A stretch of DNA of 64,000 bases from an uncultured virus (IMG/VR IMGVR_UViG_3300025782_000004). Lineage: Duplodnaviria > Heunggongvirae > Uroviricota > Caudoviricetes. The translations under genes and the position numbers were made by a program. Below are positions 26,845-36,048 of the stretch, in pieces (position 1 is the first letter of the stretch; every line of letters begins with the position of its first letter). Location: IMG/VR virus record IMGVR_UViG_3300025782_000004. One strand, written 5' to 3'. The notes beneath the pieces are model-generated. The model had not been told where the DNA came from, made no database searches, and saw only the letters and a list, made by a program, of their open reading frames with translations.

Positions 26845-28472
26845 TCTTCCCCCAAATGATCAAGTTTAGTTTCATCAAATCCAGAATCATCAATATGATG
26901 TTCTTCTTCCTCGTCTACTTCGCCTTCTACTACAAATAACTGGTCAAACATAGCGGAACCATTAATGGCTTTTGTACCTTTATTTCCACGGGTACCAATG
27001 ATTTCAGTCCAGTACTTACTGTAGCCATCAACAATCTCCATACTTTTTTCTTTAGTGGGTGCTGCAAAGATACTTTCTACAATATCTTCAAAGTATTCGC
27101 CACCGGGACCTGAGCTACGCATCATAGCAGGATGTTCCCCAAGATCAAATCTACGATTAGCTTCTTGTACTGCGGTTAAGTGTTGATAAACATTATGTCC
27201 CATCAATAGTGCATAACTGAAACTATCCCAACTGGTCTTACCCCATTTGCCATTCTTATTCATGTCAGGCAGTACATCATACATGTCAGGGTCTTTAAAG
27301 TTTTCTTCGGTGAGTGTAACACCTGCTTTAGGAACACCTGGTTTATAGATACAGATGTCTTTCATAGTTAATAAATCACTAACAGGTGATTCTTGCCAAA
27401 CATCATAGATTTTGTCTTGTATTACCCCATCTGACCATTTACGTGTGTCTGTAGCATACTTTTTATCATCTGCTGATGGTGCCATGCGATACGACCATTT
27501 GCCGTTGTTAGGGAATGTATTTTCGTGATAAACCTGTCCGTTAGCAGTTGCTAAGAAAGGACTAGCACAGTCAAAACTAATTGTAAAATTAGGATTGACA
27601 TGACGGCGCACAGCACGTTGAATAACAGTAAGTAGTACTGCCCACTCTAATTTACTTGTACCTAGGAAGTGCATCCAATCGTGAACGCCTTCTTGTAGTA
27701 AGTTATCATAACGTAGGGACACTAAACGACGCAGGACCAAGTGTACATCACACATGTTCTGACCACCCATGGCCCAACCATCAAAGTGCGTATCTGGATA
27801 TTTCACAGGATCGCAGTAGTCCTTCATAATGTCATACCAGCGATCAGCGTCGGGATGATTACTGCCCTGTAGAACATTTAAGAATCTTGTACCGCCATTC
27901 TTAACACCCTTACGATGTTTCATAAAGTATTCGTTATTGTATTTGGTAGCTTCAACTGCTTGCGTTAGTGTGCGAATACCACACTTAGCACTGGCTTCTT
28001 TATCGTGGATTACCCAACTTGGGATATCCAAAATCATTCCATAGTCAGCAACACCATCTAACCATTTGAGTACAGCATCGCGCTTGGCCTGTGCTTTGGG
28101 ACAACCTGAGTTGGCTTTCCAATCACCTTCCCATAGGCCTTTACCAATTTGGAACCCACCAGAGTCACCTAAGATCAGTGTGTTAGGATCTCGATTACGA
28201 ACCATGTCTTCGCACCAATCTTGTTTATTCAGGTCGAGGTTTGCGTGGCCACCGGAGTAAAGCGACCACTTATAAGGAAACAAACCTTTATTAGCATCAA
28301 GCCAATTAAGTTGTTCCATATCTGTTAAGCCCTGCGGGAAACGTGCAGGATCTACATAAGGACCATTTATAGGGTCACGTTGCTTACCTATAAATGTAGC
28401 ATAGAAACCACTAATAGCCGGAAGAAACACAGCATAGTCGTTTTGTTTAGCGGTTAAGTTGTCTTGCGTCAT
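26841..28472 (-). CDS. TGT-fold transglycosylase (DpdA-like deazapurine DNA insertion enzyme)
   Basis: GDSGGFQ, MILDIP, NVLQG, GWAMGG, HFLG and SFDCAS motifs; folE/queD/queE context. Confidence 0.8.
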   Translation of the reverse strand: MTQDNLTAKQNDYAVFLPAISGFYATFIGKQRDPINGPYVDPARFPQGLTDMEQLNWLDANKGLFPYKWSLYSGGHANLDLNKQDWCEDMVRNRDPNTLILGDSGGFQIGKGLWEGDWKANSGCPKAQAKRDAVLKWLDGVADYGMILDIPSWVIHDKEASAKCGIRTLTQAVEATKYNNEYFMKHRKGVKNGGTRFLNVLQGSNHPDADRWYDIMKDYCDPVKYPDTHFDGWAMGGQNMCDVHLVLRRLVSLRYDNLLQEGVHDWMHFLGTSKLEWAVLLTVIQRAVRRHVNPNFTISFDCASPFLATANGQVYHENTFPNNGKWSYRMAPSADDKKYATDTRKWSDGVIQDKIYDVWQESPVSDLLTMKDICIYKPGVPKAGVTLTEENFKDPDMYDVLPDMNKNGKWGKTSWDSFSYALLMGHNVYQHLTAVQEANRRFDLGEHPAMMRSSGPGGEYFEDIVESIFAAPTKEKSMEIVDGYSKYWTEIIGTRGNKGTKAINGSAMFDQLFVVEGEVDEEEEHHIDDSGFDETKLDHLGEE

Positions 28473-28482
28473 ATTAATAATG

Positions 28483-29115
28483 TTATCCAGCAAAGAAGTT
28501 TACTGACTCAATAAGATCATAATCTTTAGTGTAATGCTGTTTGATCTTATTGAGGTATTTAGGGTTGTCTAATAATGTAGAAAATATTTTTTTAAATGTT
28601 GCACGTCGGGTATCGCCATCTTCTCGATTTTCTGTAGTGTGCTGGTAATTATAACTGGCATATTTGTTTGGTATTCCTTGATTTCTAAGGAACTGTTGAA
28701 AATATAATCTATAATCCAAATTACAGTAGAAAAAAGTTGTGCGAGTTGGATCAAGTCCTTCTATAAAATATATCTGTTTTTCTGTATGGTCATCGAATGT
28801 CACTTGATCCATTATTAAATCAAAAAATGCTTGATTAAATTGCGTTGTGTCGATATCTCTATGATACAATGTAAAATATTCACATACGCCACTTAACCAA
28901 CGTTCCACGGGATCTCGTAGCACCACCATGGCATGTTTATGATATAAATGATCCCAGTGGTAGTTGTAAAACTCCCAGCCGAGATCTTTTAAGTTGGGCT
29001 TAGTCCATGAGCTAGCGCATTTGGGAATGTTAACATACATAAGGTCACTATCTGGCTTGCTCATGCAAGTACCAAACGTATGACCTTTAGGTTCCCAATG
29101 TTGATGAAATAGCAT
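28483..29115 (-). CDS. Sulfotransferase family protein
   Basis: NIPKCASS (5'-PSB) and LRDPVERWLS (3'-PB). Confidence 0.75.
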   Translation of the reverse strand: MLFHQHWEPKGHTFGTCMSKPDSDLMYVNIPKCASSWTKPNLKDLGWEFYNYHWDHLYHKHAMVVLRDPVERWLSGVCEYFTLYHRDIDTTQFNQAFFDLIMDQVTFDDHTEKQIYFIEGLDPTRTTFFYCNLDYRLYFQQFLRNQGIPNKYASYNYQHTTENREDGDTRRATFKKIFSTLLDNPKYLNKIKQHYTKDYDLIESVNFFAG

Positions 29116-29849
29116 TACTTAGTTTGTGCTGGTAACATATAGTGATATACAGCTAGACCAGAGTCTACAGTAATACAAGCAACACCTTCATCACTGATCT
29201 TAAATGTTTTATCTCCAGGTAAACTCAAAATGCTGTTAACAACTGACACAGGCCAATTTAACTGTTTAGTCAGTGTACCTGAAGTTGTGGCAAATGTAAA
29301 TGATCCTGCATGTGACGAATGATCACCAAAGAAAAACTTTAGTTCGCCGTTTTCTGTGCGGCTAGAAAATACAGTAGCATCTGAGTGTGCTTGGCTTTGG
29401 AATTTAAGTTTTTGAATACTTAGTGCAGTTGGCACTACTTCAACAGCCCACTTAACCTGTTTCATTTTAACATTCTTAAGTTGGTCATTGATAACAGCAG
29501 TACTCATAAAACGATAATCGTTTTTAAAGTCACCAGATTCGTTTACAAAACTAATACCACTTGGCACATCTGTACCATCGCTGTCTTTTTGTGTGCTAAC
29601 AGTAATTTTAGCATTATCCTTATACACTGGCAAGTTAAGAATTGTATTCAAACGATCTAAATTTGGCATACCAAATACACCGACAAATTCAGCAACAGGT
29701 GCTTTAAAGTCAGCATTTAGTACTACGGTTTTAGTAGCTTGGTCAAAGGCATTGATCGAAGTACTGGTTTTATCGCCAGTGATCTTGATCATATTAATAA
29801 CACCCAAGCCATAGGTGTGTTGTACAATATCTTTTAAATAGTCAATCAT
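29115..29849 (-). CDS. DNA polymerase sliding clamp (gp45-like)
   Basis: About 240 aa beside the polymerase; FGMPNL..L, YRF and Y.Y.LPA clamp-like pattern. Confidence 0.65.
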   Translation of the reverse strand: MIDYLKDIVQHTYGLGVINMIKITGDKTSTSINAFDQATKTVVLNADFKAPVAEFVGVFGMPNLDRLNTILNLPVYKDNAKITVSTQKDSDGTDVPSGISFVNESGDFKNDYRFMSTAVINDQLKNVKMKQVKWAVEVVPTALSIQKLKFQSQAHSDATVFSSRTENGELKFFFGDHSSHAGSFTFATTSGTLTKQLNWPVSVVNSILSLPGDKTFKISDEGVACITVDSGLAVYHYMLPAQTK

Positions 29850-29897
29850 TTATATTCTCCATAAGTGTAGTAAGTTTAAAGTAATATTTAGAAAAAG

Positions 29898-30833
29898 TCA
29901 AACGGTAATTCTTTTTATTTCGCCCAATACCTGATGGGCTTTAACTGTTTCAAGTGTGCCGGGTTTGGCAATCTCAATCCAGGTAATAGTTTCAAAATCA
30001 AATTCTTTAGTGATATTGTAGCCCAGACTTTCGCACAGGGGAATCAATAAAGATTTTGGCATATAGCTTTGAGCAAAGTTTTCGGCCATACCTGCACCAA
30101 CGGGCGTATCACCATCATTATAGCTGAACATAAATGTACCACCCGGTCTCAATAGATCAAATACTTGACGCAGATACAATTTCATAGTATCAAGACTTAC
30201 ATAGTTAAAATAACCCCAACTAAAAATAAAAGCCATTTGACCCTGGGGAAGTGCTGATAGAATATGATTATTCAGGGGATACTTGCGTAAACGATTTTGA
30301 TAAGATTCAGGAAATCTATTATTGGTACTGTCTAAAAACTCTGCGTGACGATCTACAATATATAGTGGATCAGCAGCAACCATGTGTTGTGTCCATTCAC
30401 CGTCACGGCATCCGATTTCTAATGCAGGATATTTCCAATTGCTGTATAAAAGAATACGTTGCTTGACAATTTCTTCTACATCGGAACGCACAAAAATTCT
30501 GCGACTATTTCTCACATAATCAACAGTACCATAGCGTTCTTCTAGTTCGTAATTGTTAGCAAAAAGAGTGCGTGTTATACTAGTGATCTCTTGATCGATA
30601 TCAGCTAGTCGAGCTGTTGCATCATCCACTGGTGCATTGACTTGATCAATTAACTGATCATAAGTGTCTACTAAACTATCAATATAGTTACTATATTCTT
30701 CGCTTAGGACAGGAACCTGAAGTTTGATGTTAGATAGTCGAGATCTTAGGCTAAACAGTTCGTTGACAACTGAATCTGTTGTTAGATTCTGTTTTAGTGC
30801 TTTTCGAAGTAGTACAAGATCGTGTAGATGCAT
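29898..30833 (-). CDS. Class I SAM-dependent methyltransferase with N-terminal coiled coil
   Basis: LEIGCRDG and LRPGGTFMF motifs. Confidence 0.8.
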   Translation of the reverse strand: MHLHDLVLLRKALKQNLTTDSVVNELFSLRSRLSNIKLQVPVLSEEYSNYIDSLVDTYDQLIDQVNAPVDDATARLADIDQEITSITRTLFANNYELEERYGTVDYVRNSRRIFVRSDVEEIVKQRILLYSNWKYPALEIGCRDGEWTQHMVAADPLYIVDRHAEFLDSTNNRFPESYQNRLRKYPLNNHILSALPQGQMAFIFSWGYFNYVSLDTMKLYLRQVFDLLRPGGTFMFSYNDGDTPVGAGMAENFAQSYMPKSLLIPLCESLGYNITKEFDFETITWIEIAKPGTLETVKAHQVLGEIKRITV

Positions 30834-30834
30834 T

Positions 30835-33495
30835 TTATTCGAACGTAAACAAATCGTCAAAGGTTGTTTTAATATCTGTACTTTCAGCAATACGCCACTC
30901 TAGTACACCCAACAAGTTTTCTACCTTTTGATCTACAATAGTTGATTCCATAGTTGAATCATCAAATGGTAACTCTTTAAACCACGCAGGAATATGTGTT
31001 TCATCTGTGGGATAGCCTACACTAGTAAGTCCCAGTGGATTATCCTTTAGCTTACATACAATAGTTTTCATACCATCAACAATGGCAGTACTATAGTTGT
31101 CGCCATGCATCTTTTTAAGACGATTCCAGTTCATTGCAGCACGAACGTGTCCTGGCATGTTAGCTTTGCCTAGACGTTCTTCTTCTGCCGTATATTTTGT
31201 TAAGTTATTAACACGTTTAGGTGTGCCTTTTTCCCAAGCTGGTCGATCAGCAAATTTAAGTTTAAACTCGCGAACCTTTTCAATAACACTTTCCTGCGTT
31301 GCGCCGGTTAATACGTCCATTAACAAATCACTTAAGAAGTCCTGCACTACCTTAGGAGTATCTGAACGCTTAAGGTCTAAGCCCATGGCCTTCATCTTAC
31401 CTGGCTTGCCGTGTGTGTCTAAGCGCACACCTTCCATGTCGTAGATTAGTACACCATAGCGTTTCTTCTTGATGAATAGTCCCTTTGATGCAACCATTTC
31501 ACGACCGCCTTTGATGATTGAACCCATCTCTCTAGGGCAATGGCAAGCACGTTCCATAAACCCTGGGAAGCTATCATTTACTGAATCGGCAATGGTATCA
31601 TATAACTGTACACAGATTTCTCTGTTCCACTCCATGCGTCCTGATTCTACTTCCTCTTTGATTTGCGGCCAGGCTGAGAAATAGACCGAGTCCGTGTCTC
31701 CGTATATGACCGCTTTACCCACGTGGTCGTACTCACCGGTGATAGCTTCGTTGACATGCGAGTCCATGTGTTTGGCAATGATACGACCCGTAAGTGTCGT
31801 ACTTTGGCCAATGCGCTGGTCAAAGAAGCGACAGCCCGGATTGAGGATCGCCCCGTAAAGCGAGTTGAGGTTAATTTTTTTGACAAGTTGCCTTTTGTCC
31901 CAGAACGCTGTGTCTTCCGGAGTTTCTGCGGCTTTCTTTTTAGCTTGCATTTCTTTTCGTTCAGCATACCATCTCTCCAATAATCCAGGAATAATACCTT
32001 TCATATCATATTTAAATATTGTTCCGTTAGCACTGAATGTCCAAGGTTGATTACTATCAAATACCAATCGCCACACATCTGCGGCTGACATTACATCACT
32101 GGAACCATCTTCCCAGTCTATGGTAATCTCTGTGCCTTGGTCCATGTTCATCACTGCTTGATACTCTAAGCTACCAAACATGTTTTCCCAAGCATCAGCA
32201 AAACTACTACCACTGGCCATCTTTTCCTTGATGTAGTGATCAGTCATTACCGGACGTAACTGTCCTACGATTGTTTCTGGACCCATGTTAAGAGCACGGA
32301 TCGCTGATGGGTAGAGCGAGTTGATGTCAATGGCGCCGATGTATTCGTGCATACCTTTTTTGGGATAAGCAACATAGGCACCTGCGGCTTGCGTGTTTCC
32401 TTGGTCATCTCTAGATCTCCTGTTAGGCACAACCATGTTACGGCTGTGTGCTTCATTAATAATAGCTTGTTCGGTTACGGCTACAGCACCCATAGTTGTT
32501 TGTAGCAATACTGTATTATCATGTGCAAGTTCATTGGCCAAGTCTAAGAAACGTAATTTCTTATCTAGTTTGGCCAACAACATAGTATCTTGACGATTAT
32601 AGTCAATGAACTTAGGAAAATCTCGATTGTATAGTTGATCTAGGGTACCATCGTATGCAACCTTAGATCCAACTTCTTCATATTCGCCAATAGCGTCTAA
32701 TGAATAGCTATGGCGTTCTTCATAGGTATACTTACGATACAGTTGCATGTAATCTAAGTGTACCCGACCCAACAAATCAAATGTTAAGTTTTCTGCTCCA
32801 AAACGTTCGAATGTACGTTGCTTGGGCATCTGTCCCCATAGGCATAGTCTACGTGTGTCATCTTTTGATAGCACACGAGTAATACGCATAACGGTATATG
32901 GGATATCAAAACCTTCACTATTCCAACCTGACAAAATATCTGCGTCTTGGATTAAGTCTAGGAACGTGTTGAGCATGTCTTCTTCACGTTCAAACAAGTA
33001 ACAGTCTGTGAACTGATTGCAAATTTCTTGTGCGGTTTCCCATGAATAGCTCTTAGGCGGAACTACTAAGGTAACTAACTTATCCATCCAGTCTAGATAA
33101 ACTGATATGCTAGTAATAGGATTAAATGGATCTTCAGGTTTAGAGTAGCCACGTACTGGATCAAAGTCGACCTCAATGTCGAAAAAGGCTGTTTGTAGTT
33201 TGGGGGAATCTACACCTAAGTAATTTTCTTCTAGACAACGGAAAATGGGATTAATATCTGATTCCCAAAGGCCTTTACCAGAATTAATACGTAGTTCTTT
33301 GTGGAATTCTTTTGAGTTGCGTGTAGCAAAACGTGTTACAGGCGTGTCAAAAATAGTGCGGAACTTACCGCGAGGGTCATCGTAATAGAATACATAGTTA
33401 GCTGGATATTCGCGATATACACGTTCTCCATTTACACGTTCTACTACATGAATGCGATCTTTGTCGCGATCAAATAATGCGTCAATATAACTCAT
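30835..33495 (-). CDS. Family B DNA polymerase
   Basis: Exonuclease DIE and GWN..FD; polymerase DINSLYPS, KINLNSLYG, YGDTDS and KKRY. Confidence 0.96.
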   Translation of the reverse strand: MSYIDALFDRDKDRIHVVERVNGERVYREYPANYVFYYDDPRGKFRTIFDTPVTRFATRNSKEFHKELRINSGKGLWESDINPIFRCLEENYLGVDSPKLQTAFFDIEVDFDPVRGYSKPEDPFNPITSISVYLDWMDKLVTLVVPPKSYSWETAQEICNQFTDCYLFEREEDMLNTFLDLIQDADILSGWNSEGFDIPYTVMRITRVLSKDDTRRLCLWGQMPKQRTFERFGAENLTFDLLGRVHLDYMQLYRKYTYEERHSYSLDAIGEYEEVGSKVAYDGTLDQLYNRDFPKFIDYNRQDTMLLAKLDKKLRFLDLANELAHDNTVLLQTTMGAVAVTEQAIINEAHSRNMVVPNRRSRDDQGNTQAAGAYVAYPKKGMHEYIGAIDINSLYPSAIRALNMGPETIVGQLRPVMTDHYIKEKMASGSSFADAWENMFGSLEYQAVMNMDQGTEITIDWEDGSSDVMSAADVWRLVFDSNQPWTFSANGTIFKYDMKGIIPGLLERWYAERKEMQAKKKAAETPEDTAFWDKRQLVKKINLNSLYGAILNPGCRFFDQRIGQSTTLTGRIIAKHMDSHVNEAITGEYDHVGKAVIYGDTDSVYFSAWPQIKEEVESGRMEWNREICVQLYDTIADSVNDSFPGFMERACHCPREMGSIIKGGREMVASKGLFIKKKRYGVLIYDMEGVRLDTHGKPGKMKAMGLDLKRSDTPKVVQDFLSDLLMDVLTGATQESVIEKVREFKLKFADRPAWEKGTPKRVNNLTKYTAEEERLGKANMPGHVRAAMNWNRLKKMHGDNYSTAIVDGMKTIVCKLKDNPLGLTSVGYPTDETHIPAWFKELPFDDSTMESTIVDQKVENLLGVLEWRIAESTDIKTTFDDLFTFE

Positions 33496-33504
33496 AAATC
33501 TCCA

Positions 33505-33556
33505 ATGTGTAATTTCGAGCTTACACTCACTCTACATGCTGATTAAGTCAGCGACT
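33505..33556 (-). promoter_or_regulatory. Structured polymerase leader (two hairpins before the SD)
   Basis: GCUGA/UCAGC and GUGUAA/UUACAC stems directly 5' of the GGAG SD; TAAATA upstream. Confidence 0.55.
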
Positions 33557-33599
33557 CTATTAATATTTACTCCTAACAGTATAGCAGTTAAATATTAGT

Positions 33600-34256
33600 A
33601 TGTCAAACATTTCACGACTCATTTCTTTTGGTTCTAGTCCTATAGCTGGCTTTGATCTTCCTGTGGCAAATTCATCATTTGCAAATATTATAGCACAACG
33701 ATTGGGTTTAAGCTACCTTTGTCTTGCTAAAGCAATAGCATCAAATACCAAAATTGTTCGCAAGATTGTAACCTATGATGGCTATGCCAACGATGCTGTA
33801 ATAGTCATGTGGACCAGCGTAAATCGATATGAGTTTAAAACCATGCAAGGCTGGCGCAACTATGCACAAATGGACGCTGACAAGTCTGGGTCAAATTTTA
33901 TAAAAGAATGGTTTGCGGGACCAGCTAGTTTAGAATACACAGAACTGTTTACTAGTCTTAAAGAGATTCTGTTGGCACAACAATTTTTAGAATCTCGATC
34001 GATACCTTATGTATTTTTAATTGACAATGATCAAATACCTGCGAGTCGTACTTTTAATTCCGATGATTTGTACATCAATAATTTAAAAGGTATGATTAAC
34101 TGGGATAAGTTTTTGACCTTCGACAATCAAGGATTCATGCCCTGGGCGAGATCTAAAGGATTTGAATTTACATCAACCTCAAGTCCCCACCCAAGCACAG
34201 ATGCACATCAGGCCGCGGCTGAATATGTTCTTGCTAGTGGGAAAGTAACATTCTAG
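33600..34256 (+). CDS. SGNH-hydrolase-like protein (paralog 3)
   Basis: LISFGSS, ASN..I.R, VMWT and HPSTDAH motifs. Confidence 0.65.
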   Translation: MSNISRLISFGSSPIAGFDLPVANSSFANIIAQRLGLSYLCLAKAIASNTKIVRKIVTYDGYANDAVIVMWTSVNRYEFKTMQGWRNYAQMDADKSGSNFIKEWFAGPASLEYTELFTSLKEILLAQQFLESRSIPYVFLIDNDQIPASRTFNSDDLYINNLKGMINWDKFLTFDNQGFMPWARSKGFEFTSTSSPHPSTDAHQAAAEYVLASGKVTF

Positions 34257-34527
34257 CTAGGCCCACGCTGTCTATAGTTACTAAGAAAGCATAGTTAGCC
34301 AGTAGGCCAAAGCTACCGCGTGTATAACAGGTCCAGGCCGCGGCACAACACCCACTGATAAAAATTGAGTATAACGGAATAACTGGAACTGTGGGAACAG
34401 TAGCAGCAAAAATAATAGCACTGATAACGCTACAGGCCCAGCTGAATAACTCAGCGCAGAAACGCAGGGGATATTCCCGAAAGTCTCTGCGTATATATTC
34501 AATAGTTCCGTTAAAGATTTCTATCAA
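34234..34527 (-). CDS. Small multi-pass membrane protein
   Basis: Three hydrophobic segments. Confidence 0.65.
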   Translation of the reverse strand: MIEIFNGTIEYIRRDFREYPLRFCAELFSWACSVISAIIFAATVPTVPVIPLYSIFISGCCAAAWTCYTRGSFGLLANYAFLVTIDSVGLARMLLSH

Positions 34528-34784
34528 AGTGTTTTACCTACTGTTTCGAGAATTGTATTCAATTCATCGTGGTCTTGATTAGTTTCACCTAGCTTAGATT
34601 TTTGTGCAATCTTAATAGCTTTTTTAAGAATAGCTGGTTTGATTTCCATTTCTTCAGCAATGGCTTTTACTGTATCGTTAAGTCCTGCATTAAGGTCTTC
34701 AATTTCTTGAAGTACTGCCATACCTTCGTTGATAATTTGAGTTAGTTTTAGTTTTTGCTCATTGCTAAACATACGTGCTGACAT
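34524..34784 (-). CDS. Small helical protein, possibly DNA-binding (DsbA/GapR-like)
   Basis: Helical pattern EIEDL...DTVKAIAEE.EIKPAILKKAI. Confidence 0.6.
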   Translation of the reverse strand: MSARMFSNEQKLKLTQIINEGMAVLQEIEDLNAGLNDTVKAIAEEMEIKPAILKKAIKIAQKSKLGETNQDHDELNTILETVGKTL

Positions 34785-34808
34785 TGGAATCTCCTTGTTA
34801 ATTGAATT

Positions 34809-34837
34809 ATTATACAGTATTTAATTGTGTAGAGCAA
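34809..34837 (-). promoter_or_regulatory. sigma70-type promoter with internal TAAATA
   Basis: TTGCTC-N17-TATAAT. Confidence 0.6.
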
Positions 34838-34855
34838 GAGACTTTTAGAAAAATT

Positions 34856-34950
34856 GCTCACTTTAGAAAGTTTCGGGCACGACTCCGAAATGGTTCCAGG
34901 CCAGCAGCCGGCCACACCGCCGTTACAAGTAACGGGTCCTAAGGGTGTTT
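34856..34950. ncRNA. Candidate structured RNA (multi-stem); strand unresolved
   Basis: GC-rich intergenic island with four stems: ACACC/GGUGU, CCGUUA-CUUG-UAACGG, GGCCGG/CUGGCC and UUUCGG/CCGAAA. Confidence 0.55.
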
Positions 34951-34954
34951 GGTT

Positions 34955-35917
34955 TTATTTTGGTCTTCTTTGTGTGTAGTCATCCAATGACGAATAAAAT
35001 TGTGGATCTTTTGCTGTTTGCGGCCAGGTGTTGGTTTTTTGTAAATTACGGTGAGCTGCGTATGAATAAACATCCTTTGCAATATTGACATACTGTTGTA
35101 AAGTTAAATTGCTTTTTCCTTTGTTAATAATCCAAAGAACCCAAACAACATTTCCTGGTTTATATCCGCCGCCTGGGTTGATTTGATCAGGACTAGGGCT
35201 AGTCCACTCGCCGGCAGCTTTCAAAAACCCTTTTCCTATACTGGCACCAAACGGCAAACCACTGTAAGCACAACGTTCCTGCTGTAAGTCGTGAAAAATA
35301 TACCAGGCTTGCTCGATATCAAATTCTATTCCAGCTTTTTGACGTCCTAACATTCCTTGAATACTTTGTGCCCAATACTGATGCACGGTACTGTTTGGGT
35401 TAAACCCTTTACTTACAATTGATGTAATTTGCTGGTCCCATACCTGTGATGTTGGAATCCTAACAGGTTCCGTTGCTCCAGGTAACAAACTAGCTACATT
35501 TGAAGGGGGCACTTTAGTTGACGCCAACAAAACTTTTTTTAATGTTGAAATATTTCCTAAGACATGTTCGCAAAGACTTATAAAACTTGCCTGCGGCATA
35601 TTCATTTTTACTGAATTTACACACCAACGAACAAACTGCACATTGTTGGCGGTATATCCAGCTGCAGGATTGATTTGATCGGCACTGATCATGTCCCAGT
35701 TGCCGGCTCTCTCAAAACTAAATGGTTTACCTGTTAGAGCACACACTTGGCCTTGTCTTTGGAATATTGCCCAGGCTTCTTCTAACGACATTTGTGCTTT
35801 TTTGCGAAGGGTTGATCGCCAGAAATTTACAAACTGCACGTGTATAGGGTTGTTTGCATCGTACCCAGCAGTTCTGGCGGTATATGGATTGGCTTCGACA
35901 ATTTCAAACGTTTTCAT
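34955..35917 (-). CDS. Protein with two tandem HNH-like domains and a capsid-targeting-like N-terminus
   Basis: Repeated CA.(T/S)G.PF...S.DQINP..GY...NV..V.W..N..K; N-terminus MKTFEIVEA. Confidence 0.65.
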   Translation of the reverse strand: MKTFEIVEANPYTARTAGYDANNPIHVQFVNFWRSTLRKKAQMSLEEAWAIFQRQGQVCALTGKPFSFERAGNWDMISADQINPAAGYTANNVQFVRWCVNSVKMNMPQASFISLCEHVLGNISTLKKVLLASTKVPPSNVASLLPGATEPVRIPTSQVWDQQITSIVSKGFNPNSTVHQYWAQSIQGMLGRQKAGIEFDIEQAWYIFHDLQQERCAYSGLPFGASIGKGFLKAAGEWTSPSPDQINPGGGYKPGNVVWVLWIINKGKSNLTLQQYVNIAKDVYSYAAHRNLQKTNTWPQTAKDPQFYSSLDDYTQRRPK

Positions 35918-35927
35918 ACTGGTTTCT

Positions 35928-35935
35928 TATAAATA
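35928..35935 (+). promoter_or_regulatory. T4-type late promoter
   Basis: Exact TATAAATA immediately upstream of a structured RNA. Confidence 0.65.
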
Positions 35936-35939
35936 CCTA

Positions 35940-36046
35940 GTGCGGTAACAGTACAGCGTGATGCATCAAAGAACCCGAGGATTTCCTGTACTTCCCCTCT
36001 GGGCAACAACGAATTGGCAGACGAGCTTTGTAGTGCATCGCCGCAC
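35940..36046 (+). ncRNA. Candidate pseudoknotted small RNA, about 107 nt
   Basis: Closing stem GUGCGGU/GCCGCAC, then GAUGCAU/GUGCAUC, CAAAG/CUUUG and CCCGAGG/CCUCUGGG; pseudoknot GUACAG/CUGUAC; G-U pairs favour the + strand; U-tract follows. Confidence 0.65.
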
Positions 36047-36048
36047 AC

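Noticed and set aside
35995..36020. HDV-like ribozyme (CUGGGCAACA...CGAAU resemblance)
   Set aside because: I could not build the required P1/P2/P3 nested double pseudoknot; the similarity is only local.
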